Source: a virus
Lineage: Duplodnaviria; Caudoviricetes
IMG/VR virus record: IMGVR_UViG_3300020112_000918
Span: 32,001-96,000 of that record
DNA: 64,000 bases
Strand: one strand, 5' to 3'
Positions within the stretch are counted from its first letter, which is position 1. Every line of letters begins with the position of its first letter. Below the pieces are notes generated by a model that saw nothing but the letters and a program-made list of their open reading frames with translations, was not told the DNA's origin and did no database searches. The position numbers were made by a program, and so were the translations under genes. Below, piece by piece: positions 27,741-36,781 of this stretch.

Positions 27741-29615
27741 TTAAGCTACGTCTTCTGTTATAGAAGCTCCGGCTGCAGAATTGATGAAGTTGAACAGGAT
27801 TGTTTCTGACTTAGGTGTAACTTTAATAGCTACAGTAAGAACAAATGCTTCCTGAGCAAGAACATCATCACCGTTGTTTTCGCTGTCGCACTTAATAGCG
27901 TATTCACGAAGAACGTTGTTTGGTGCTGCAAGGAGAGGTTTAAGAATGAGGTCAGCCTTGTTACGAACTGTAGCACGGTGAGCATCATCATTAAACTTGA
28001 TCAACTGATATGGAAGAACTTCGTTGTAGATTCTTTCAACACAGTAGTCAACAATAGCAGAGTAGTCTGCGTAAGAGTAGTTTCCAGCAGATTTGTCTGT
28101 TGAACGACGAGACATAATGATAGGTCCGAAAAGTTCGTTTGGTCCGATAGGATTTACACGACCTGTATCCATAGCCTTTGCTTCGTCTTCTGTACAGTTG
28201 TAGACAAACTCAACGATACGACCCATAGAAAGCTGACCACCTACCTGGTTTTCATCAGCCCATGCACAAGCACGTCCACCGTATGAGTAAACAAGAGCGT
28301 CTGCATATTTAGCAGCAACTTCACCCATAAGAGTAGAAATAAGGTCGCCTGTTGGTTCATAAGGGTTCTGAATATAAGCAGCTCCCCAGAAAGTTTTGAT
28401 ACCGCGGTTGCTCAAAGAGAGAGGAATCTTTGAAAGCATGTCTGCTGCTGTGCAAACAGCCTGTGGATACAAGTAAGTCTTGTATTTTGCAAAGCCGTCA
28501 CGCAAAGCAGAGAAGGCAGTTGGAACAGCTTCATTTGCAGTTGTATCAAAATAAATATCTGTTGGATATTTTTTGATATCTTTAAACTGGTCCCATGCCT
28601 CGGTAAGAAGAGTGCCATCTGGTTCAATACCACGGTAGCCACCCTTGAAGTCTACTAAGTCACTAGAGTCTCCAGCCCAAGTGTCCCATACCATTTCTTC
28701 GCTTTCATTAACCTTTACGAAGATGTTATCATCATCTTTGAAAAGAGTTGGAGCGTAGATGATAAGACCTGAAGCATTCTTTGTTCCCTTTTTGAGAGAG
28801 AATTCTTTAGGATAGCTTGTCATAGGGTAATTGATACCCTTTCTTTTCTGCTGAAGGTCAAGAACCAAGTTTCCTGAGTTTTCAGACTTGTAAACTGCAG
28901 CAGCCATGTAATCATCGCAAGCATAACGCATACCAACAAGACCGTAAACTTTCTTTGTGAGAGCCTTTGTGTTTGTTGTCATACGAATAGAAACAGCCAC
29001 GCCATCAGCAGGAGCAGTTTCAAAAGTAAGAGAAACAGAAACAGCAGATTCTGCAGAAGTTATAGTTCCAGTTACTCCGTCAGCAGAAAGGCTGTAAGCA
29101 TGGTCACTTGCATTCCAAGAAACGCTAAGTTCCTTAGCTACTCCGTTTACAACGTAGTAACATTTTGGCATGTAAGAAGCTGTGTCGCCTGTTGAGAAAG
29201 TTGGGAAAACGTCTGCAGAGAAAGTTGCAGAGAAAGAAACAGTAACTCCGTTTCCTACTCCGGCTTTTGCCTGCATTGGAAGATTTGCAAGGTCGATTGC
29301 ATTTTCATCTTCGCCAACGAAAGTGACTGGCTTAAGACCATTTTCTGTGATAAGTAAACCAGCAGAAGCACCACCTACGTTTGGAGCAGAAATCCAAAGA
29401 GGGTACTTAGTATTGTAAGCAATAGCTTCGAGAACTTCGTAACGAGTTGCACCGAAAAGCTGACGAATACGTTCTGTTTCACCACGATTAATTTTTACAG
29501 GCTTTGTTCTACCTCTGCCACAAGGAAGAACAGTTGCGCCCATTCCAGTAGCTGTTGCTGCACCTACTGAAGCTGACTTGTCGTTCAATTGAACTTTTAA
29601 ACGCCATGAATCCAT
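27741..29615 (-). CDS. tail sheath protein (gp18-like)
   Basis: 624 aa; GRVNPI, FNDDAHR, IKCDSENN, IKVTPKSETILFNF. Confidence 0.9.
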   Translation of the reverse strand: MDSWRLKVQLNDKSASVGAATATGMGATVLPCGRGRTKPVKINRGETERIRQLFGATRYEVLEAIAYNTKYPLWISAPNVGGASAGLLITENGLKPVTFVGEDENAIDLANLPMQAKAGVGNGVTVSFSATFSADVFPTFSTGDTASYMPKCYYVVNGVAKELSVSWNASDHAYSLSADGVTGTITSAESAVSVSLTFETAPADGVAVSIRMTTNTKALTKKVYGLVGMRYACDDYMAAAVYKSENSGNLVLDLQQKRKGINYPMTSYPKEFSLKKGTKNASGLIIYAPTLFKDDDNIFVKVNESEEMVWDTWAGDSSDLVDFKGGYRGIEPDGTLLTEAWDQFKDIKKYPTDIYFDTTANEAVPTAFSALRDGFAKYKTYLYPQAVCTAADMLSKIPLSLSNRGIKTFWGAAYIQNPYEPTGDLISTLMGEVAAKYADALVYSYGGRACAWADENQVGGQLSMGRIVEFVYNCTEDEAKAMDTGRVNPIGPNELFGPIIMSRRSTDKSAGNYSYADYSAIVDYCVERIYNEVLPYQLIKFNDDAHRATVRNKADLILKPLLAAPNNVLREYAIKCDSENNGDDVLAQEAFVLTVAIKVTPKSETILFNFINSAAGASITEDVA

Positions 29616-29699
29616 GTTTTATCTCCTTAATTAAAGATTTGTTCTACTAAAGCGTGAGAAATTTCTTCACAGTTTAAATAGGTTTATAAAACAAAAAAT

Positions 29700-30332
29700 C
29701 TAGCAGGATTCAAACTTAGAGTAGTCATACTCTTCATAGTGAGTATGATAAAATTCTGTTTTAAAGATTTTAAAGAGATTAAATCTTTCTCCTACTTTAC
29801 ACTTATTTAAGTGATGGTAAAAAGGAACTTGATATGTTACAAAATCGTTAGGAGTACAATAGTTTCGAATAGTTTTAGCAAATTTGCTATATTTTTTCTT
29901 TGCAAAAGGATTTAAGAGGCAAGCAACACTTCCATAGGTTGTAACTTCATCTAGCTGTCCAAGTCTTGAATAAATATGAATCATAGACAAAACAGACATA
30001 GCTGAACCAAAAGACCAACCTCGAATAATTCTTTTGTAAGTAGGATACTTATGAGCTGCTTCACAAAATTTGTCAATAGGAGTATTTTTAGCAGAGGTGT
30101 AAGCACAAGCGTAGCCCTTAGTTGTCCAAACTTTCTTGCTGTCCAGTTTAAGGGTACAGGGTAAGAATCTAAAATTGTGCTCCCAGTCTTTATGTGAATC
30201 AGATTCTTCGTACTGAAGAATAATCTCTTTTGTTTCATGGTTAACCAAGACTATAAAGTCTATGTCTTCTCCTACTATTTCATAGTCTCGGAAAGTTTTT
30301 ATGTCATAAAATTTCTGTTGCTCTTGAGTCAT
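29700..30332 (-). CDS. class 3 lipase-like alpha/beta hydrolase
   Basis: GWSFGSA nucleophile elbow (GxSxG), TYGS, NDFVTYQVP, C-terminal His. Confidence 0.8.
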   Translation of the reverse strand: MTQEQQKFYDIKTFRDYEIVGEDIDFIVLVNHETKEIILQYEESDSHKDWEHNFRFLPCTLKLDSKKVWTTKGYACAYTSAKNTPIDKFCEAAHKYPTYKRIIRGWSFGSAMSVLSMIHIYSRLGQLDEVTTYGSVACLLNPFAKKKYSKFAKTIRNYCTPNDFVTYQVPFYHHLNKCKVGERFNLFKIFKTEFYHTHYEEYDYSKFESC

Positions 30333-30625
30333 TTACCTACCCCCACAAGATTTCCTTCTTCATCATAGCTGCGTTCTCTTAAAGTAGAAATCTCATCACG
30401 ACATCTCTGACGTTCTATAAGAACTTCAGCTGGAACATCTTTTCCGATTTCCTTAGCACGAATTGCATACCAGTCAGTGTCTTTTAGGTACTGCTCATCT
30501 TTTTCAATTAAATCAACATCTACTCTCTGCTGAGAAATTAAATGAGCTGCAACTTTTTCTTCTGTACTGAGTTCTTCAATGTCTGTTTTAGCAGAATTGA
30601 TTTTATAGCCAGGCTGATGAAACAC
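30329..30625 (-). CDS. tail fibre assembly chaperone-like protein
   Basis: YLKDTDWYAIRAKEIGKDVP.EV..ERQRCRDEI motif; start uncertain. Confidence 0.65.
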   Translation of the reverse strand: MFHQPGYKINSAKTDIEELSTEEKVAAHLISQQRVDVDLIEKDEQYLKDTDWYAIRAKEIGKDVPAEVLIERQRCRDEISTLRERSYDEEGNLVGVGK

Positions 30626-31910
30626 AGTTTTCTATATGAGATTTTCTTACATCTTCCTGGCAATTAATATCTCCCTGAACGTCTTCTACTTTAACAAAAT
30701 CAAAGATAGCTACATCGGGATTCTTAGTTGTTTTACCATCATAAAAAGTATTTTTACCTATTGAAGCTCCTACTATGAGAACAGGAACTCCAAGTATGTC
30801 TTGTATTCTGGTATGTTTTCTAGAGTCATAAGGCTTAACTACTTTATCTAGCTGCAGCAACATATCAGCTCCGTATATATGAAAAGTTTTATAAAGTTCA
30901 TCAAAATGATACTTTTGTCGGAATCTAGTTGCTTTACAAAAATCTAAAATTCCTTTATAAGAAGCAAGTGAGTGGTCTATTTTGAAGATTTCGTAATCTG
31001 TAAACTGAACGGTATTTTCAAGTGCTCCTTTATCTATTAAAGAACTACACAACCTTTGAATATTTCTAGCTGTGCGTCTTTTTAAGGTAGTCACAGAGTT
31101 TCCTTTAAAGTCTACAAAAGAACGATATCCTAAAGCCTGAACGCAGCTTCTTACACAAGCTAATCGATTTTTGGAAAGATTTAACTTGAGTTCCTCCTTC
31201 ATAAATAGGGGAATTTCTTTGCTAAATTTCTTTAAGTACTCTCTGTCATTAGAAAAGACATAAGTATCATCGCAGAATCTAACAAAATGAAGATGCCATT
31301 TATGCACTATCCAGAGGTCTAGCTCATTTAGATAAAGATTTCCTAACCACTGAGAAGTAAAATTTCCTATAGGAATATTAGTAGGACTGTTAATAGAGTC
31401 TATAATTTTGTCTAAAGTTCTTAATAAAGGAGGATCTTTAATCTTTTTACGAATTATTTCCTTCATCTTTTCATGATTTAATGAAGGATAAAACTTACGA
31501 GCATCTAGCTGAACGTACCATTTGTATTTACGAATGTACTCAACAATTTTGGCATGAGCTGCTTGAGTTCCTCTTCCCTTTATACAAGCAAAAGAATTGT
31601 CCTGCATAAGTTTAGCCCAAAACGGCTCAAGTACATTCATAATTGCATGATGTACCATTCTATCTGGAAAAACAGAAGTTGCATAAATTGTTCGCTCTTT
31701 TGGTTCATGTATGACTTTTATTCTATAAGGGCTAGGAGTGTATTCTTCATTTTTAAGAAGTCTTAAAACTTCATCTTCATAGTAAACATGATTTTCACCT
31801 ATCTCTTTTATTTCTCTATAAAAACCCTTGCCCAAAGTACACTTGTGGTAGGCTTTGGCTATATTTTCAGGTGTACAGATTTCTTCCCAAAAGCCAGTTT
31901 TTCTTTTCAT
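30603..31910 (-). CDS. DGR reverse transcriptase RT2 with C-terminal extension
   Basis: EPKER.I, FPDRMVHHAIM, LDARKFYPS, PIGNFTSQWLGNLYL, RFCDD, LGYR. Confidence 0.95.
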   Translation of the reverse strand: MKRKTGFWEEICTPENIAKAYHKCTLGKGFYREIKEIGENHVYYEDEVLRLLKNEEYTPSPYRIKVIHEPKERTIYATSVFPDRMVHHAIMNVLEPFWAKLMQDNSFACIKGRGTQAAHAKIVEYIRKYKWYVQLDARKFYPSLNHEKMKEIIRKKIKDPPLLRTLDKIIDSINSPTNIPIGNFTSQWLGNLYLNELDLWIVHKWHLHFVRFCDDTYVFSNDREYLKKFSKEIPLFMKEELKLNLSKNRLACVRSCVQALGYRSFVDFKGNSVTTLKRRTARNIQRLCSSLIDKGALENTVQFTDYEIFKIDHSLASYKGILDFCKATRFRQKYHFDELYKTFHIYGADMLLQLDKVVKPYDSRKHTRIQDILGVPVLIVGASIGKNTFYDGKTTKNPDVAIFDFVKVEDVQGDINCQEDVRKSHIENCVSSAWL

Positions 31911-32095
31911 TAGAATGCCTAAAAATAACGACTGTTCTTCAACTAAACTCTTAAAGGATTTTTCGATTCATTATCTACTAAATTATCTTTAAAACACTCT
32001 CGACTGTAAATTTGTCGTTTTATGAAACGTGCAGGTACAAGCTGTCAGTCTTATAAGTTTAAAAGCGGAGTGAGAGTTACTCCTCAACTTATGAT

Positions 32096-32212
32096 ACTCG
32101 GAAACAGCACGGAAACCAATGTTGTTGTTCAAATTCAAAGGAGAATTGTTCCAATTCAAACCACGAGATCCACAGTTATCACCATCGTTCCAATTCCCAC
32201 CCAAGTGAGCAC
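32096..32212 (-). repeat. DGR2 template repeat (TR2)
   Basis: 117-bp ungapped match to VR2; 10 AAY codons. Confidence 0.97.
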
Positions 32213-32333
32213 AAGGCACAAAAATGAATTTTTAGCAGCTACACCGAAGAACCGCACATAGCGAACAGCTAATACCTAAGAACAGCCGTTATTTTTATCC
32301 ACTCCTTTTACAGAATTTTGTTTTAACAAGGAT

Positions 32334-32397
32334 TGGGGAGCGCAAAGAACATCTGCCCCTGCGGGGCAGTTGTGCCTTGTGCTTTGCGCATTCCCCA
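32334..32397 (-). promoter_or_regulatory. DGR2 extended hairpin downstream of VR2
   Basis: Core CTGCCCC-TGC-GGGGCAG (32353-32369) inside outer pairs GCGCAAAG/CTTTGCGC and TGGGGA/TCCCCA. Confidence 0.8.
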
Positions 32398-32433
32398 CTA
32401 TTTTGCATTCCCCTGAGTTCCCCTCACTTAGTT

Positions 32434-34182
32434 TTACTTGTGCATTGACTCGGAAACAGCACGGAAACCAAGGCTGCTGTACAAATCCAAAGGAGAATTG
32501 CCCCAACTCAAACCACGAGAGCCACAGCCATCACCAACGTCCCAACCCCCACCCAAGAGAGCACGTTTACCCGCACCGAAGTAGTACTTACCCAGTACAT
32601 CACGCTTGTTAGCGTTAAAGTTGTCGGACCAAGTAGTAGAACCAGAAGCATCGTAGCTACTTTCACTAGACCACTGCCACAAAACACCTACGATATCCTC
32701 TAAACCGCAGTAAGAAATAATACGCTTATCATTTGTAGCCAAGTGCCCACTCGTAGTTACAGGGTCTATCGAACCTTTAATATTTACTCCCTGAGGAGCA
32801 CCCCTAGCTAAGTCGCCAAACTCGGCTATTGTAGGAAGTCTCATGCCTTGATAATGAAGCTGCTGCTCTCCGTCAAGACAGCCTAAAGCTGGAGTAGAAG
32901 CTCCATCAAGAATAGTTCCCCCATTTTTAGAAACCATTTTAAAGCTGTCATTAGGGTACTTACTTCCAGAAGCAGTAGTTCCTGTTGTCCAAATGTTTAA
33001 AGTTGCGTCTTTAGACATTAAATAAATTGAAGCCCAAATTCCTAAAGTAGGAGCGTAAGCAAAACCTTCTGGACAACAAACAGGTCTGTGCCATAAATCC
33101 CATACAGAGAACGGATGAATGTAGCCAGCCACTGCTCCTGAGAATGGATGCACTTCTGTAGTAGAGTAAACCTGCTCAGGAGTAACAGAAACACAAAGTG
33201 TATCAAATCCACCTATAATTCTTGCAGCCAAGGCTCCAGTAAAGGTCTGTTTATCAGAAGTAGAAATCTTAAACAGCCAGTTATCCTGATCTATGTAAAC
33301 TAAGTAAACAAAGTAACTAGTACCTGCTGCAAAAGCATCTCCGCTAACTAAGTTAGCTGCAGAAATTGTAATTTCATCATCTGAGTAGAAGATGTGACAA
33401 GTTCCATTATTTTCAAAAACAGGAATAGGAGTACCTGCTTTAAGTACGAGAGATTTCCAAGTAGAATCCCCTGCTGCAGCTAATTCCCAATTTTCTTCTG
33501 AACCTCTATAAGAGTAGTAGGTTCCGTTTGGACGTGTCTGACAAGCAGGGTACAAGAACTTACCAGATGAGAGTCTGTCATTAGCTGGATAAACAAGTCC
33601 TGCAAGTTTTTGAGATGACCAAGTAGACAGCGGAGAAGTTTCTTCATCTTGAATAAGCTCTTCATCAACGTCATCTATAATGTTGTAAAGAGTATTTGAG
33701 TCCTTAACAGGAATTGCATCAAACTGTTCTTTAGTACCTGACCAGAGAGTTGTGATACTTTCAGATTCTACTGAAACCTTTACCGAATAAGTAGTGGTAG
33801 AGTCTGCTGTAAGAGTTACAGAGTTTTCTGTTAAGTTCATAGTAGAATAAGAAACTTCACCTACTTCAAGATACTTAACAGTTAAAGCGTGGCTGGTGGT
33901 GTTTACAATCTTGATTTCATTTCCCTTAAAGGCTGTTACATCGGACATATCAAGTACAGCGTCTGCGTCACCTGTGAAAACAAGAACTGCATTTCGCTCA
34001 ATACGAGAAAGAGTTTCATCATGAGAAAACTCTACTGCTCTCTGAGCTGTAAAAGGCTTGATTATGTTGTTATTTGTTTCTACTGTAGAAAGAGAAACTA
34101 GAGGATCCTTTTGAGTGCCGAAAGGGGGAGTATAGTCTGGAATTCCTGGAACTGTTAAAGAGTCAAGAGTTAAGTCTATCAT
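32434..34182 (-). CDS. DGR2 target: tail fibre/Mtd-like protein with C-terminal FGE-type C-type lectin domain
   Basis: RLPTIAEF, GLEDIVGVLWQW, LLGGGW...GSR...GFRAV; tail-fibre motif WSGTKEQFDAIPVKDSNTLYNI. Confidence 0.9.
   Translation of the reverse strand: MIDLTLDSLTVPGIPDYTPPFGTQKDPLVSLSTVETNNNIIKPFTAQRAVEFSHDETLSRIERNAVLVFTGDADAVLDMSDVTAFKGNEIKIVNTTSHALTVKYLEVGEVSYSTMNLTENSVTLTADSTTTYSVKVSVESESITTLWSGTKEQFDAIPVKDSNTLYNIIDDVDEELIQDEETSPLSTWSSQKLAGLVYPANDRLSSGKFLYPACQTRPNGTYYSYRGSEENWELAAAGDSTWKSLVLKAGTPIPVFENNGTCHIFYSDDEITISAANLVSGDAFAAGTSYFVYLVYIDQDNWLFKISTSDKQTFTGALAARIIGGFDTLCVSVTPEQVYSTTEVHPFSGAVAGYIHPFSVWDLWHRPVCCPEGFAYAPTLGIWASIYLMSKDATLNIWTTGTTASGSKYPNDSFKMVSKNGGTILDGASTPALGCLDGEQQLHYQGMRLPTIAEFGDLARGAPQGVNIKGSIDPVTTSGHLATNDKRIISYCGLEDIVGVLWQWSSESSYDASGSTTWSDNFNANKRDVLGKYYFGAGKRALLGGGWDVGDGCGSRGLSWGNSPLDLYSSLGFRAVSESMHK
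32448..32564 (-). repeat. DGR2 variable repeat (VR2)
   Basis: 16 mismatches to TR2, all at TR adenines (T on + strand). Confidence 0.97.
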
Positions 34183-34248
34183 ATAAAATAATCTCCTTAC
34201 TTATTTAAGTAATTAAATAGGGTGAGAGAAGTTTTAAAGAGTAGAACT

Positions 34249-34422
34249 TTAAATACGCTTGATAATTGAATAATGATACGGTCCGGACAGAGCCCAAGCC
34301 AGCTGAAATATATTTCCTTTCTTACCTATGTCTTGAATATGAACCCTATGGTTAGGAAAACCAAATTCCCACACTTGATCTCCTAGCAAGAAAGGCTTGA
34401 ACTTCTGCTTAACCGCTATCAT
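34249..34422 (-). CDS. small hypothetical protein (57 aa)
   Basis: MIAVKQKFKPFLLGDQVWEFG...; fills gap, overlaps upstream small ORF. Confidence 0.4.
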   Translation of the reverse strand: MIAVKQKFKPFLLGDQVWEFGFPNHRVHIQDIGKKGNIFQLAWALSGPYHYSIIKRI

Positions 34423-34585
34423 CTAAATGAAAATGATGCAAACCAAAGTAGTAGGCAAGGGACTTTATATCTTCCTTAGCAAATCTTTTATGAGTAGACT
34501 TATTGAGCTCATTTGCTCTTTTGTAAAGGTAACGAAGCATCCATTTAATGATTAAAGGATTCTTATCTTTGTATTTTCTGCTCAT
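34409..34585 (-). CDS. small hypothetical protein (58 aa)
   Basis: MSRKYKDKNPLIIKWMLRYLY...; starts 4 nt after upstream stop. Confidence 0.45.
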   Translation of the reverse strand: MSRKYKDKNPLIIKWMLRYLYKRANELNKSTHKRFAKEDIKSLAYYFGLHHFHLDDSG

Positions 34586-34589
34586 ACTG

Positions 34590-34934
34590 TCATACTGTTT
34601 TCATGGCTGCAAGGAAATCCCCTTGTCCGAATTGAGGGTCATTCATGTATTTTAAAATAATTTCTTTATTTTTAGAAATAAAGTCTTGAACCGTCTGAAG
34701 CTCCTTAGCCGTAATTTTTTGGTCGAACTTCTTTAACAGAATTTTAGGATTTTCATCTACAGAGATCGGAATTAAATCTTTTCTTCCTGTAAATCTGTCA
34801 GAAGTATTGTTCTGAAATTTTAATCTAGATAGATTATGTCTAGGATTTCTTTCTCCGTCTTCATCTACCCAAAGATTAACAGGCAACTTAGTATCTACTT
34901 TGCGGAACATAGACATTTCTATTAAAGAGTACAT
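34590..34934 (-). CDS. hypothetical phage protein (DUF4160-like)
   Basis: LPVNLWVDE...H...RLKF; own promoter (34953-34963) and AGGAGG. Confidence 0.6.
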   Translation of the reverse strand: MYSLIEMSMFRKVDTKLPVNLWVDEDGERNPRHNLSRLKFQNNTSDRFTGRKDLIPISVDENPKILLKKFDQKITAKELQTVQDFISKNKEIILKYMNDPQFGQGDFLAAMKTV

Positions 34935-35088
34935 AAACGGAACCTCCTATATATTATAATTCCTTCTTTCATTAAAAAGTTTTCAAACAAAAGAACTTTT
35001 TTCAGCTTTTAGAGTTTAGACGACTTTACAAATAAGCTGTGAATCTGTTGTCGGACCGTATAAAAAGAGTTGTCTAATTCTCTTTCTC

Positions 35089-35232
35089 CTAAGTTTTCTT
35101 CAGAAATCCGTATATTAAGGAAGAAACTTTGTCCATCTTTATAATCTGGCTTTTTGTATTGTAATGGTAGAATCGATTAAGAAAAGGATCGAACTCCACA
35201 AATATGTGGTCATTAAACCTGTATTTATTCAT
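35089..35232 (-). CDS. small hypothetical protein
   Basis: MNKYRFNDHIF... after promoter 35249-35259 and GAGG. Confidence 0.45.
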   Translation of the reverse strand: MNKYRFNDHIFVEFDPFLNRFYHYNTKSQIIKMDKVSSLIYGFLKKT

Positions 35233-35329
35233 ATATTTACCTCTACGAATTATAATTCCTCGAGGAAACAAAAAGGGGACCCATTTCTGGATCCCCTCTT
35301 CTTAGGTCAGACAAAAAGTCTGCTTACGA

Positions 35330-36781
35330 CTACAGGTTAAGAATCTTAAGAGTAGAAGCGTAAGCCTTCTGGTTGATCTGGATGTCACCGTAAGAAGCAA
35401 CACCAAACTGTGTCTGACGGTTAGCCAACTGAATCTTGTCTGTTACATGAAGTGGAACAAGAGTACCGATCATGATGTAAACATCTTCAGGAAGAGCTTC
35501 GTTCTTGTAAACACAAGTAAGTTCGTCGTTTGGACAAACGTCGATTGGTGTGCGGAATACGTCAATATCACCAAGTTTACCGAGCTTGTAGATACCGTTA
35601 GCATTCTGAGCTCCTTCATCAGACCACTTGCGGTGACCTGTAAGAACACCAGTTGCAGCTGGACCACCGAAGATCTTTGTTACGCCACCACGGAGGAGAG
35701 CGTTGTAGATCTGTGTTCCAACAGAGTCGATCTTACGAGAGATAACCTGGATACGTGCGTCTTCAGATTCACCAACAGCACCCTGCATATTGAATGTGAT
35801 CTGGTTTGAAGCAGCATTTCTGTGTGCCTGACGGTATCCAAGTGTGAAAGCCTGGAAGTCAAGAGTCTTACGAAGTTCATCAGCCATAGCACGAAGATAT
35901 GCTTCTTCTGCATCAACTTTGTAAGAAGTTCCAAGAGTAAGTTCAAGTTTCTTTGAGAAAGATGCTGTAATTGGATATTCACGGAGAGTGAATGGTTTAG
36001 CATTCAAAGAAAGTTCCATTTCCTGAGTTACAGAAAGATCGTCGTCGTTTTCAAGAGCGATTCCTGCTTCAGCGTTTACAGTTGTAAGTGAAGTTGGAGC
36101 TGTAGTTACAGTTACAGTGATTGCACCTGTAGCGTAGTTTACAGAACCAGTTACAGCTGTTCCGTCTACGTCCTGACCAGCAATGTTTCCTTTACCATCG
36201 TCGTTTGCAACGATTGCGTCATCGATTACAATGCGAACTGTGTATGGTGAAAGAGGAACTTCATCAGCAGCTGGAGTGAATGTGAAAGTCTTTACAGAAC
36301 CGTTTGGAGTTTCGTTTGCAGCCCATGAGCCGATGTCTGAAGCTGAACGATAAGAAGAACTTTCGTAAGCAACCTGACCAGCAGTAGCTCCACGAAGTGA
36401 CTTCTTGTATTTTGGTTCAAGATAGAAGAAGATATCATGTGCTGTTGAAAGACCCATTTCCCAGAATGCGTCCTGACGACAAGTGTTAAGGTAACCCAAG
36501 CGAAGTACACGGAGTACGTTTTCTGGAGTTGTTCCCAAAGTTGAAGAAATCTGAGCTTCTGAAAGTTCACCAAGATGTTCTTCAGTGTGCTGAATAGCAA
36601 AAGCCAAGTTCTGAACACGGCGAGCATCTTTTGCATATGCTTCAGCAAGACCTTTACCGATATTTGGACGACGGCAGAGGGATTCAACAAGAACCTTTGC
36701 TTCCTGTTCACGTTTTGTTTTTGCTGCTTCTTTCATGTCCTGAAGCTGTGCTTCAGAAAGATGTCTGATAGCTGTTCTCAT
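35330..36781 (-). CDS. major capsid protein (gp23-like)
   Basis: 483 aa, strong codon bias; IFFYL, beta-sandwich insertion, YLRAMADELRKTLD, QFGVASYGD; CCTATTT at 36975-36981; terminator ~35270-35297. Confidence 0.85.
   Translation of the reverse strand: MRTAIRHLSEAQLQDMKEAAKTKREQEAKVLVESLCRRPNIGKGLAEAYAKDARRVQNLAFAIQHTEEHLGELSEAQISSTLGTTPENVLRVLRLGYLNTCRQDAFWEMGLSTAHDIFFYLEPKYKKSLRGATAGQVAYESSSYRSASDIGSWAANETPNGSVKTFTFTPAADEVPLSPYTVRIVIDDAIVANDDGKGNIAGQDVDGTAVTGSVNYATGAITVTVTTAPTSLTTVNAEAGIALENDDDLSVTQEMELSLNAKPFTLREYPITASFSKKLELTLGTSYKVDAEEAYLRAMADELRKTLDFQAFTLGYRQAHRNAASNQITFNMQGAVGESEDARIQVISRKIDSVGTQIYNALLRGGVTKIFGGPAATGVLTGHRKWSDEGAQNANGIYKLGKLGDIDVFRTPIDVCPNDELTCVYKNEALPEDVYIMIGTLVPLHVTDKIQLANRQTQFGVASYGDIQINQKAYASTLKILNL

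Larger units (their letters stand above)
30603..34182 (-). mobile_element. diversity-generating retroelement DGR2 (target-VR, hairpin, TR, RT; no avd)
   Basis: TR/VR pair with adenine-only mismatches adjacent to DGR-type RT. Confidence 0.95.

Noticed and set aside
31989-32219. 76-aa Asn-rich ORF
   Set aside because: It is the in-frame translation of TR2, not an avd or separate gene
32276-32612. ORFs between target 2 and TR2 as a possible avd
   Set aside because: Short, overlap the VR/hairpin, and have no helical-bundle character
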